Shown: positions 51,514 through 63,336 of the stretch, piece by piece | Layout of the letters: the number at the start of each line of letters is the position of its first letter | Position numbering within the stretch: position 1 is the stretch's first letter | Assembly (NCBI GenBank): GCA_001949185.1 | Contig: BDGG01000001.1 | Location: 5,757,527 to 5,821,526, forward strand | Direction of reading: 5' to 3' | From: Ramazzottius varieornatus | Taxonomy: Eukaryota; Animalia; Tardigrada | Length of the DNA stretch: 64,000 nt | Notes under the pieces: model-generated | What the model saw: only the letters and a program-made list of their open reading frames with translations | Databases searched by the model: none | What the model was told of the DNA's origin: nothing | Position numbers and translations under genes: made by a program

Positions 51514-53734
51514 ATGGATGCAGATAGTCTGAAGGAAGAAGGCATCAGCTTGCATCTGGAACGGAAAGGCATCGGTTTCATCCACGCGCCTCGCGTCCAT
51601 CCCGAATCTACCGTACGCTCATTCTTCTTCTTACTAAAATCCTGGAATATGACCGAATGATCAGCGAGTATTTTACAGGAAGTGGCTCGCTTACCTGCAT
51701 GGATTCGTAAAGTAATCGATGCTTGGCAGCCGATTTCGCGAATATCCGAAGACACAGTCAGCCTCAAATCCACCAAAAGCCATCCTTCGGCTGGCACGGC
51801 TGCAGAGGTGGAACAGCGTAAATTTTGCCTGGATTACGGAAGCGCTACCTCTGATTTGACTGGTAACGACGCGGACAAAGATCTCGACGAAGCGACCAAA
51901 TTTGCATTGCTGGACGGAGCTGTTTGCAAACAGGTAAAAGCTGGTGAAGAATTCCAGCCGGAATTGGAAATATGCACTTCGCTAATCAACAATCAATTGA
52001 AGTGCAATGAAAATATGAAATTCACTAATTCAGAGTTGTCAGCCTGTGTTAAGTCAAACGTTTGTCCGTGTAAGGTGATACTGTAAGGTGATGCAATGTA
52101 TTACGTACTTCCGCCTTGTGGAATGCGCCGGAAACCGTTGTGTTTTGCAGACCCGGAGTCTGATACGAATCGTTCTCAAGGATGACCGGTTGCCCATAAC
52201 TTTCGTGACGGGACGGATACCTTCGCTGGGCAGTCTTTCAGGGCATGGAATGGCTCGAGCAGAGAGTAAAATCATGACGGTGGACGACGCTTCTTCCGTG
52301 TGTCTTCTTTGGGTCGATCTCTTTGCCAATATGAACCCTGCCATGTCTTCCTTCGCGGACTATCTTACTCGCTGTCCAGCCGCCTTCCTTCTTCACGAAA
52401 CCTTTGCTTTTGTTCCGCGACACTTTCCTGGCTTCGAATGGATCCGACCATGGTACCCAAATTGCTCCATGTTTTAACTAACACCCCGTTTTCTATTTGG
52501 ACGATGCTATACTGAGTGTACTCCGACGGGGTGTACAGGTGACGTACGGTACGAGCCAAGTAGCATTCAGGGTACATTCCGAAGTATGTCCAGACCGAAA
52601 GTTAGGGCGTTTCGACAAAACGTCTGACAAATGGAAGATGCACTGCCGTTAGCGAACAACATGAACGATGAGTTGTTAATGGTGTGTTTGCAGGATGAGT
52701 GCGAAGCGAGCGGCATTCATTGGACTACAACATCCGTCGGATAATGAGATGTAATGAGCTAATTTTTATGGGTATTAGTCTAATGGCATGCCAGTGGTTC
52801 GTACAGCTGTTATAACTTGCTCGGAATATAACTGACGAGCGGGTCATCGTCTCCAGACGGTTCCTGGAGGACAACCACATTTACTATCAGACGGCGGACG
52901 AGCTAGCCAGCCGTGGAGCGGAAGATAGTATCGGACGTGCCTTGGCCGTCATCAATCCACGGTACGAGTTCGCAAGGGTTCTTTTAATTGTTTCCGTGTG
53001 TCTGACGGGGGCGTGTTATGCCTTGTGTAACGTCTATATGCTGTAGAATCGACCTGCCAATTCATCTAGTCATCAATTTCTTTGCACTGGACTGGAAACT
53101 AGCCACAATCAACGACTCGGCGGTAGAGCAGATAGACGAAACAGTTTTGGGGGGCGGCGCCATTCTCATACAGGATGCCTTAACGACCCTGGATGTTGTC
53201 CTCAAGACTGGTCAGTACGTGTCCAATATATCAATGCGACATTTATACCGTCTGTGGATCTTAGAAGGAATATTTAGCTTAATACTATGAACGCCGAGAC
53301 TAATAAGGCTGAGGGCCGACAATCCTCGAACGGTTCCGTTGTTTTTGTTTTCCTAAGAAACCTCGATTCTAACGTTGTGAAGTCAGAACTCAAAAAGCGG
53401 TATGGTGTTTTTGGTTTTGTTGCCGAGTTCTGGCCAAGCTTGTCTTGTCCGCCTCTTCAGTCATGCTCTTTTCCTACGATTGTTTCAGTTTCTGAAAAGT
53501 TTAATGTTGTCGGACTGATTACCATTGGTTTCGCCTAGCACAGACTTTCTTCTGCAGAAATATCGACGGAATGTTTTGATATGCGTAGGTCGGTTGGGTG
53601 CTGTTGACATAGTGGAAGTGGAGCAGATTGCGCCACAAGACGTGAATAAGGCAACGGAAATTTTGACAGAAATGCTGCGGAATATCTCTGCGCATATCCA
53701 AAGCGAAGGCCATCACACGTCTTCCAGCCTTTGA
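51514..53734 (+). CDS. Arginase-fold (ureohydrolase) protein predicted catalytically dead (pseudo-arginase), ~375 aa
   Basis: Seven exons join in an open frame: 51514-51612, 51679-51933, 52151-52452, 52694-52750, 52857-52961, 53047-53210, 53589-53734 (1128 nt). Colinear with arginase: IGFIHAP, LDYG, LGSLSGH, LLWVD, PAAFLLHE...FPGFEWIRPW, AFIGLQ, PIHL...ALD, KTGRLGAVDIVEV. Confidence 0.82.
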
Positions 53735-54867
53735 GTGACAGATACACGTCAAGCTTCCCTTCACCGATCGTTGGCCTGATCGGACAAGAATGTTCCTTCA
53801 TCCTTGTCCACACCACGGACAACGCTACAACGATGACTCGTAAGGCTAGTCCAAGCAATCAACAGGAATAACTTTTCACACAGCGGATTACAGTTCAACT
53901 GTCACTTTTCATCAGACGGTAGCTGACATCTATTTTTAGGACAACCATCTTTCGGTTGGAGCTTCTAGGCCATCAGAATCTCTCACCGTATTTCTAATCA
54001 ACGGTTGTCAAAACCAGTTCCCATAATGTTCTTTTAGATGATTGTTATTGCTGTCTTAACAGTTTGAAATAAACTCAGTGTTGGACTGTCGATTACGGAA
54101 TATTCCGAAGTAGTGATAGACGAAAGTTATTTTTGAGTCTCATCACAGTCTCATCAGAATGCGAAGTGTCAAGTTTCAACACCTTGAGCACCGGGTGGGA
54201 AACTCACTTTCCCGGCGCACACTAATATGAACGTGGTGAGATCGCAGTTTAACTTATGCTCCTACAACTAGCAGTCACTCGACAGCGTGTCTGCAAAACT
54301 GTCTTTTTTCCGTTTCGATGGAGATTTCGTCTTACCTGGCAAATTATTTTCCAGAGTCTCCAAAAAATTCTAGCTCTAGTTCAAAAATCTCGGTATCTAG
54401 CGAATGGTTTGTCCGGTGATCAAGAAAAAAACACATGAAGGTTGGCCGTTTCAAGTTGATAGGTGCCGCACTTTACATCATATTTCCAAATTTTAGCCAA
54501 CCGAGAACGTGGTGATTGGGCCTATTTGGCGATGTCCCTCTCTCCAATTTTGACCAGTTAAAAAGAAGCCAAAGTGAGTTTCTCACCACGTATTCTGAAA
54601 GCCCGAAATCGCGTGGTGCTCAGTGTGTTAAGTTGAAGACTGGTGATATGGGAGATGGGGAAATGAACCGAACCGCAAGTGGCGCACGCTTCGACCAATG
54701 ACAGCGGAAAAGTGCGCCACTTGACTCCACAATCTGGTCAAGTTCAGCTACCACCTCCCATAATGATTGTGTTATGCATCAATTAAACCCAGCAAAGATG
54801 TTCAGAAAAATCGATGTCAGCAACTGATGTTAAACGGGTTCTTCTTCTGAATGTAATTCCACGTTGG

Positions 54868-55598
54868 CTACGCCTCTTCCTCTTCAAGTTTTTGTATAGC
54901 GTGCAGCTCGGCATCATGGACGATATCTGCGCCTTCAGCACGAGTGTCACGGAAGGTCATGGATGTTGTTCCTTGGGGTACAGTCGGTATTTCATCATTG
55001 AGCAGAGGAACAACTTCTCCTTCGACGATCACCGCCATTTCTGAATAAACTTAGCTCTTTCCATACTTAGCTCACTTAGGACGTGTCGAAAAACATCGTC
55101 CACGTTACCTTCTGCCAACTTTGTCGAATCCGCAGTGCTCAAGCCACTTGCTGGTTGACCACTTGCGGTTGCCGGGTTCGGTGCTGCGCCATCTGCCGAA
55201 CGCGCATCTTTCCCTTCTCTTCTCAGCAACATATCAGCAGCTTTCTCTTCCTGGGAAATTGACACAAGTCCCTCTTAAAATTCCCTGATTTGACACGCAT
55301 GTGTGTTGAATGTAGTACAAAATACCTTGATGTACCTGCAATCAGGAATGGTTCGAGGTGGCACATCTTTCTCTTCGGCCATTTTCTTCTGGAAGAACTG
55401 GACGCAGAACTGTAGGAGTTCTTGGTCAGGTGGCTGACGGACGATGACTGCAACAAGCAGATCTTGCAGGTATTCGCCCAGTCGGGGTGGTACAAAAAAG
55501 GCATCTTCGGGAATGGTAACTGGGCGTCGGCCTGTGAATGGACCGATTGGTCTACCATGACTTGTGATTAGATTTTCGGGTGCGCCACTGCGAGACAT
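54868..55598 (-). CDS. RIIa dimerisation/docking (PKA RII D/D) domain protein with acidic low-complexity tail
   Basis: VPPRLGEYLQDLLVAVIVRQPPDQELLQFCVQFFQK matches the RIIa D/D pattern. Downstream exons ~55252-55109 and ~55040-54868 continue the frame to EEEEA*. No cNMP-binding domain seen. Confidence 0.7.
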
Positions 55599-55806
55599 TA
55601 CTGGAAGAGGTAGCCCAACAATCTCATCCAGTGAATGAGGGTGATAGCACTAAAGTAAAAGAAAAAAAGGCTTTAGTTATCTATCCCTGATATCCGGTTA
55701 CTGGTTAGCTATAGAACTATGGAAACAAAATGTAGTAAGATCCAAGCCAGCCCTTTAGACTCGCCCAAGATTTGCAAAACATCACTTTAATGCCCTTGTG
55801 TATGAT

Positions 55807-56049
55807 CAGCCCTGCCGCGGCCCAACAGCGTCTGTGGAAAAAAATGGCCCCCGTATGTGTTGCCCGTCATGTGACTGATGGCTCCTAATCGGGTCGGAGA
55901 ATTAAAGCGAATTCGACTTCGCCTACGAAACGGCTCTACGGGTGCTGTGTACGTACAGGTCTGACACATCTGTTCGAACCGTTACGTCAGATTCGACATT
56001 GACGTTCCCCAGCTGTTTCCACAAACGCAGTTGGGCCGCGGCAGGGCTG
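55807..56049. mobile_element. Candidate MITE with 34-bp inverted repeats
   Basis: cagccctgccgcggcccaacagcgtctgtggaaa (55807-55840) versus reverse complement at 56016-56049, 2 mismatches. TSD unconvincing. Confidence 0.55.
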
Positions 56050-56236
56050 GATTTGATCGAGTTGAACTGCGGAGTCTTGTACCAGTACGAGATGTGGGTC
56101 TCTTTCTTGGGTCTGTGGCAGTGGGTCGTGCTTTCCGAACGAAGCCGGGATGCCCAGCTGCCCTATTAGCAGGAAGGCAGCAGATGCGCAATGGGAAGAA
56201 TTACGATGACGTATCAATCCACGCACCTACAGGCCA

Positions 56237-56378
56237 CAGTGTGGGCAAATAAGGTACTCTAAAAGTGGCAGAGCCAGAATCGATTTTTCAGTTGATCAGC
56301 TGTTTACTTCTTATGGCACCGGTCAAAAACGCGATTTTGGCCCTGCCCCCTTTCAGAGTACCTTATTTGCCTACACTG
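56237..56378. mobile_element. Tc1-like MITE (CAGTG termini, ~46-bp TIRs)
   Basis: cagtgtgggcaaataaggtactct...cagaatcg versus cgattttgg...agagtaccttatttgcctacactg followed by TA. Left flank is CA. Confidence 0.8.
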
Positions 56379-56896
56379 TATCAGGTTCATTTTGGTTGAT
56401 TTAACCGCTATCGTCCAGTTCGCCGTTGGGGTCTATGGAAACTCAATTATGTCGCTCGTGTGCAGTATAATAATTACCAGAATTGATCGATTAGACCACG
56501 CAGCCATGCGCCGATGTAACGATGCATAACGCGTGGCCCGCCACAACAGGAATGAATAGAAGTAATTAGTTTTTCTAGTTGGAAAGGTCAGATGAGGTCT
56601 TTTGTGACCCATAATCGTGAAACCCACCTTGTGATTACCAGGTAAACCGATTTACATATAAACGGATATCTCGCACTGACCTGAGATGCACCAGACGATT
56701 GCAATTATTTGATTATCGCTTGCCCGCCCCAAATAACCGGATCAAGAGCGTCCAACATGAGAAAAGAGGCCTCCCCCCATAGTTTTCAGAAGGAGCAGGC
56801 CTCAGGATCTTTCTCACAGTTTTTTAGCGGAAGTTTCGAAAGCCAGTCAGTTTTGTGCGTCTTTGAGTCGGGAAATGCAACAACGTCTGGGCCAGA

Positions 56897-59396
56897 ATGA
56901 GTCCGTTTCCGCGGCGCACCAGTCGATTACTGATATGCCTGAATTTTCTCTGCGCTATGGTGCAATCGGTCCATATCAACATTGTCATTCTGATCCTAGG
57001 CGAAGATCCCAGCTTTGGCTACTACGCTACTGCGCCGATGTATGATATTGCCTTTGAACGAGCGGCGCGAATGTATCCGTCCTTGTTCCCAAACACTACG
57101 AGGCATGTTCTGCACCAAAAGAACGTTCGAGACTGCGCTTCCGCTGCAGCGAATATGGTTGATGTTGCCGGCAAAATGATGGATTTGGTCGATCGTCAAG
57201 AAGGACTTACCATTCTGATGTCTCCGGGATGTAGCGCTGAAGCGATGGTCCTTGGGGATTTCGCGCGAGGTTTCCTCGATTTGTATTCTTAGTGTAACAT
57301 TTCTGCTCGAGTGACGTACTCAGAAAAACCGTATTTTTCTAGAGTTGAATGTGCTTCTACTCGCAAGTACGTCTGCTGATTTGGCGTTCATGAACAAGCA
57401 ACGCTTCCCAACCTTCATCGCTTTGGGACCCGTAGGGAGAGGTGCCTCTGTACCGGCGCTGAAGGCTTTCTTGGAGCATTACGATCTTACGACGTTCACT
57501 GTGTTTTGCGAAACGACGGCGAATTATCTGAATGTAGCATCGTTTGTCTCGCTGGTTTGCCGGGCCATAAGGAGCCTTGTCATGACATCAAAACAGTTCA
57601 CGGTTTACCTGCAGGAAATCGATTCAGTTCGGAAACCCGACTACAAAAATATGCTGCTTCGAGCCAAGAATTCTTCTCGAGGTATCTTGGTTGATCTTCT
57701 GTGATACAGAAGCTCATTCCTTATCGTTTGACTGCTGTTCAGTTATAGTGCTGGAAACTCGAGACGACATTGTCCGGAAAATCATGGTTAGTTATTCCTA
57801 TTGAATTCCATTCACTGCACATGCACGCAATGGATTAGGTTCTGAACGGAATACGGTTCGGTCTAATAGATTGCGGCCTATCTCCAGAACATGACCAAGG
57901 GGGATTTTGTAAGTCGCTGTGGCGAGTTCCCGAATCGGCAGTAATTTCAAGGCGTCCGTAATGAAAATTTTTTCCCGTGTAGGTGTTTTTGTTCCTCCAG
58001 CAGAATCCTCTTCCCCAGCACATAGATCTAATGGATACGACCTTGGACCCTAATGACCACGTAGGCTAATGGAAAGGCGTTTCTAGGACGGCGATTCTTC
58101 AAAGACATAAATCCATTCCTTCTGTTTGATGCCTGCTTGCAGGTGGCGGGGGAAGCATTCCAGGCTTTGATACTTCTACAATATGACAACATTAACCGGG
58201 ATAGAAGCGCCATCATTTTCGATGAGGCTGCCACAGTTGCGCAGCTGAGATACAATTACTCTTTCTTGAAAGACGATCAGGTAAGTGATCCATCGTGGTA
58301 GTTATCCATCTGGCGAGTTTCTTCCATCTGGCGAGTGCCGGGGAATAATACATAGATCAAGTTGCCACCCCGGTTCACTTTCCGACTGTAGTAACGGCTT
58401 TCTCCGCCCCCTTTCGTCACGTGTAACTGCAAATTGCTTTCTGGAGCTCCTCTTATCTTCGAAAAATAGCGTAATCGAATTTACAGTTAGCTACAGTCGG
58501 ACTTTCATCCGTCGGCGGTAACTTCACTTTTGCAATGTCACCCATTTTGTATCCGTTAATTGTGTTTCAGCACAACGACCACGGTTTGTCAGCGTATGAA
58601 GCTACGACGATCATATTCCAAGTATGCAAAACAAGGCACTTATGACATCGAAAGGCAGACTTCTGAGTTTTGACCTTTCGATATGTCGTGCTTTACAGGT
58701 TCTGGAAGAGTTATTCTCACGCCAATCTGATGCTCTCACCACTCAGCACTTGTACAGCAGCATCCTCAACCGAACTTTCAGTTTAGAATCGAGGAACATC
58801 AGTGTAGAACAGGACGGCTACCGTCTGTCGGATGTAGCTTTCAAGCGCTATGACACTGACTTCAATCGCTTTGAGGTAGGAGCACAGTACAGTCGGGTCG
58901 GAAACTGCTTGTGGAACAGGGCGCCACGTCACACAGGAGGGAGTTCGTTGCAGAGCTTCAATGGCTGTTCTTGTCACTTAGACTGTTTGGAGATACGATG
59001 CACTGCGCAAGCAGATCGTCGTTCTTTCGTCGAATTCATCCCATAGTTGGCACGGGCTCTCTTTTCCTCCGTCGAACCTACCCCAATGTGGATACCGGAT
59101 GGAGCATTGCTCAGATGACCTACCCCAGTCAAACACCATTCTCATCACTCTGTCATGCGCGTTGTTGCTACTTCTGCTGTTGTTAGTTCCAACGGTTATC
59201 TACTACCGCTGGTTAGTATAACCCCAAACTCCGAGTTCACTTGCAAAAGTGGGAAACATAGGACGAGCTGAGCATTTCTCTGTGTAGGTCGCATGGTAAT
59301 CATATCTACAAGACGTGGTGGATATTGGACCCAGAGAAATATCGTCCTGGGGGCGTTTATTCTGGCGTCTCTGGTACCGGTTCGATGAAAAACTAA
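56897..59396 (+). CDS. ANF/natriuretic-peptide-receptor-type ectodomain + TM + short tail (truncated receptor guanylate cyclase-like), copy 1
   Basis: Signal peptide; APMYDIAFE...SPGCSAEAMVLGDFARELNV...NKQRFPTF; AAYLQNMTKGDF; LNRTF; juxtamembrane PQCGYRMEHC; TM ILITLSCALLLLLLLVPTVIYY; tail ...KTWWILDPEK...MKN* (TAA 59394-59396). About 10 exons in consistent phase. Confidence 0.8.
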
Positions 59397-59653
59397 ACCA
59401 CGGAGTGGGCAGACTCATAATCAGAAAGCTTGAAACTGTCCTTGGGCTGAATATCGTCATGTACTGGCACAATGAGTTCCCAGTTCAGCTTCACGCAATT
59501 AAGGGGAGCAATATCGTAGCAATAGTGTACAAAACCTGATGAACTGGAAAACATCTCTACAACAATACGTGGCCGTTTTCCACCTCCGTATCTGGCTTCT
59601 GATCATGAATGTACTCAACCTCCTGTATAGAAGCTCCTGAACTGTCTTGCATT

Positions 59654-62600
59654 TTAGGGATTCAGCGTGAAGCCGCTGGTCGATAGCCGTTGACGATGAT
59701 AAGAGAGCAGCGAATCGCTGAACGGAGTTTCGATGTCGATTACCCACCACGTTCCCTCATCGTGCCGATGAGATACTGCAGGCAGGAACCGGTTCCTAAA
59801 AAAGTGTCCAGACTTTGAAACGGGAAGGTTGTGTAAGAGCAGAACTGTGGCTGGATCACCTGTTTAGCACCAGGACTACAGTCAAAACAATCAAGCCGCA
59901 CACTGATACGCTACAGGATACCCAAAGGGCGTCAACCGAACCTGCCAACAGGAAGGAGCCAGATTTCGAAAAGTTGCGAGAGTGGACAAGAGAGGCGAAA
60001 AATACCACCTACTTGCACCAACACAGGTCAGTCCATCAGCACCGCACTGAGGCTGACTATGGACGGGCCATGCCGCGTTTTCGTACCAGCTGATGTTTCC
60101 GATGTCGACCCACTCGAAGTTTTTAGGGTCTTGAAACATTACTTCCTTTCGAGAAAAGTATAGAAAGGTCACTGATACCACGATGCACCTGAGACCGTTG
60201 TTGACAAGGCCGATTGATAGCACTTACTTTCAAACTAGTTCTGTTGACATCCATTTGCAGGAATGTAATACCCAACATGCGCTCTCCCACCTCGTCCAGT
60301 GTGACGCTTCCGGTTCGCAGGTGGTAGGTCCGGTTAAAGTAAGCTTGCGCCAAAGTGGCTCCATCCGCTGGCGAGATCCTGTTGTGGCAGTCAGAGTAGA
60401 GTTCGCTGATCACCTGTAACGATTCATTTCCGGATATTTCCAACACAGTCCGGAAAACACCGAGTCACAGTGCCAACCTGGGCGAAGATCATGAAGGCCG
60501 CATATGTGGCGGAAGGTATTGGGGTAACCTGGAACATAAGCTCACTGTCTTGTGGGGCATCTAACCACGAAAAGGCCTCCGAGTATGTATAATTACAGAG
60601 TTGACTGAATTGACCTGCTCGTTCTTTCCGTATGTGTAATTGTAAACCTCTGCAGATTGCTGCTTCCAGACGGCTTCCATCGCTTGGATTGTTCTTCTGG
60701 TCTCGCCATTCTTAACGGCGTCGGTTTCAAGTACGAAGAACGAGCCGAATGCGAATTTTGCAATCTGTAGACCAGAAAACGGCGTCGATAGAGGCAGGGA
60801 ATGGCTCCTAGTCTTGACAGAAGCATAAAACGTGGGTTGTCGACTCTTTACCTTGTTGGAGTTCTGGTTATCGCCTCCAACAAGTCTAACGTGTAATATA
60901 GAAAAATTTTTCAACTTGTTATCGGTCACCTCCAACTTGTAACCAATGAGCCGTAACTTCATACCGCACGCATCAAAAATGTTACCGGGCGGTTAGGACC
61001 TTGAAATCTGTTGCAGTAAATCTTTATCTCGATTTTAGACGACATCATGCGATGGAAAATGGAAGGGAAAGGCAAGCAGCTTTACAACCGCTTTGCACAC
61101 TCTCTAGATACAGTCCTAACGGAGAAACCGGTGAGCATTGACCAGCTGTATTTCCAACAAGAGCTACTTGTCCTGTAAAGCCTGTGGTGCATCGGATAGC
61201 GAAAATCGAGGATACCTCAAATTGCACTGGAAAACAAAACAGTATGCAGAGCCGGTAGACACGCCCCGCACGGTATCCGTCGTACTTCAGAAAAAAGCCA
61301 AGCTATGGCTGCTTGAGGCTGCGGTAGTAAGATAAAGAGGTCCCGTGAGACGTTTGAGGAAGCCAATAAAAATCTTGAAGGGCCTCGGTAACAAGTCTGA
61401 CGGGTAACAATTTTGGCAGGCCGACAGGTCAGGCCCGGGTAACAAGTGGACTGGCGGCGGTAACAAGTTCGGAAATTCCTGTTCAACTTGTTGGAGTCTG
61501 TGGGACTTATTGGGGGACGCTGGAGACGACTGTTAGAGCGGAAAAGTCATTGCTGAAGCGGCTTCCAGTCAAGGTGGAGACTTTTCGACGCATAGAAAGT
61601 TGGGCAAGGCACATGTCTTCCCACCGAAATTATTTCGCCGTTCAGCGTTCACTATATACATGTATAGCTCCAGTAAGACGCAAAAAACAGTCGGTGGCTT
61701 GCAAGTTGCGGAAATAACCCCCACTTGTTATCGTGTTACCTTGTGCTTGTTGGAGCCCAACAAGGTAACAGGTATGATCGGTTACATTATGCCAGTCTTA
61801 ACCTATGCACTATCAACTTACCTCATCATCCGGGTCTCCAAGCCTCCAAGAGAAGGTTCCGGAAGGGGAATCTCTGTAGGCTGATACAGCGATGTAAACC
61901 TTTTGATAGGGCACACGCAGATGTATTTAATTTCTAAACAGCATGAATACATTGTTAAATCACGTACATACTGGCCATTGGTCATATTTAACTTGTACGC
62001 TGCCACCTGTGGAATACCACGTGGTTCAACATGGACGTATATGAGAAAACGATGCCGCCTTAGAAGGTTACCAAGATGGCTCGTAGCAGTTTCGCGTTAC
62101 CGAAGTAGAAACACACTGCGGGATCAGGACATGTCGTCATCACTTTGGGTTGTGATATCGATAAAATAAAAAGACGGACCGATTATTTTGTACTAACCTC
62201 GGCTATTCCGCCTAAACAGCCCCAAAGTCCGATTAAAATCAGGCTTAGCTGTTGAATCTATCCCGAGATCATCTATCTGCAAACGTATTCCGCGAACTTG
62301 CGAAAGATCTTTTCGAACCGTGTTCGATAGGGTGGTGAAGAAAGGATTGCTCGAGACATCGGTCAGAAATGTGACGGAAGTCCATTGAAACTCTCGGATC
62401 AGGCTTCGGTATGCGTGGACAAAGGGTGTGGTGGAGGTAATGCTTGTCGTAATCCATGTTGGATACCGTGTCTTGTCTCTCGATGCTAATCCTTCCACAC
62501 TGAAACCATCAAAGATTCAAGCAAATGCATTGACTTTTTTGAGTGGGAAGAGTTAGAGTGATAATCCTCGCTTCATCACTACGTGACTGACAGAGCTAAA

Positions 62601-63336
62601 TAACGGGGAGTGTGCGGTCAACTTCGAATTTAGGCTGGAAGATTCAAGCAAACGTAGATGAAACCCAGGTTGCCGCTCCGCAGCACAGGATTCAGCTTGT
62701 AACAGCTTGCCTTTCTGACATAGTGAACAAGTGAGGATTATCCCCGTACACGCAGGAAAAGGAAGTTTAGGCCACTAAAAGGTTTGGGCCAGATGGAAAG
62801 ACGGCAAAGTGAAATTCAACCTTAGAAAACTGCCGAAAAGTGCATGGGTGTGAGTTACGCACATACGTACGTACTTCCGTTCCGCCATTTCGGAATCGCC
62901 TGGCCCAAACTTGCTTTTCGTGTGTCTACCTGGTTATCAAAAGAATATTCCAATGTTTCGCGAAACTGGCGAGAGACAGGACTTCAGTGCAACCGGCACA
63001 AATTATTGCGACGACGTCGGTCGCATTTCCGGGTCTCTTTGGGGCGTTGCGGTAGTAAGATGAGGCAAGGTGAAAATCACTCTCTCGTTCCCACTCAGCA
63101 CAATTGGATATGGAGGGACTGTATACGGGCTCGTGGATAACGCTCAGAAGAGGGTATCGGACCTCCATGTCGGCCAGTGCTGTCTCGATAGCTGGTGCTA
63201 TGTACACGTAGGCTCTCGGTGAAAATGGCCGATATACAGTTGGAGTTAATATTCGGACGTTCAAAGGGGATCTCGCTCCAGCACTGAGAAAAAGAGACAA
63301 AAGAAGAAAAGTAACGTATATCCCAGCATTTTCCAT
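59654..63336 (-). CDS. ANF/natriuretic-peptide-receptor-type ectodomain + TM + short tail, copy 2 (convergent with copy 1)
   Basis: Signal peptide; IAPAIETAL...CAGCTEVLSLASFAKHWNILLIT; DKTRYPTW; AAYKLNMTNGQY; YFNRTY...GSVTLDEVGER; PQCGADGLTC; TM ALWVSCSVSVCGLIVLTVVLVL; tail ...GTWWVIDIETP...LNP* (stop 59654-59656). About 11 exons. Confidence 0.8.
60848..61768. mobile_element. Probable TIR element with GGTAACAAGT subterminal repeats in an intron of receptor copy 2
   Basis: ttaccttgttgg (60848) versus ccaacaaggtaa (to 61768). Four ggtaacaa(gt) units at 61388-61470 and reverse-oriented acttgttatc/acttgtaacc at ~60913-60945. Confidence 0.45.
62556..62746. mobile_element. TA-flanked MITE
   Basis: gataatcctcgcttcatcactacgt versus reverse complement acatagtgaacaagtgaggattatc. 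TA at 62554-55 and 62747-48. Confidence 0.6.
62749..62926. mobile_element. MITE family A, degenerate copy
   Basis: ta|cacgc...ggccactaaaa...gggccagatggaaagacggcaaa..gaaattcaa...aaaagtgcat...tacgtacgtacttccg is colinear with 39044-39252. Confidence 0.7.
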
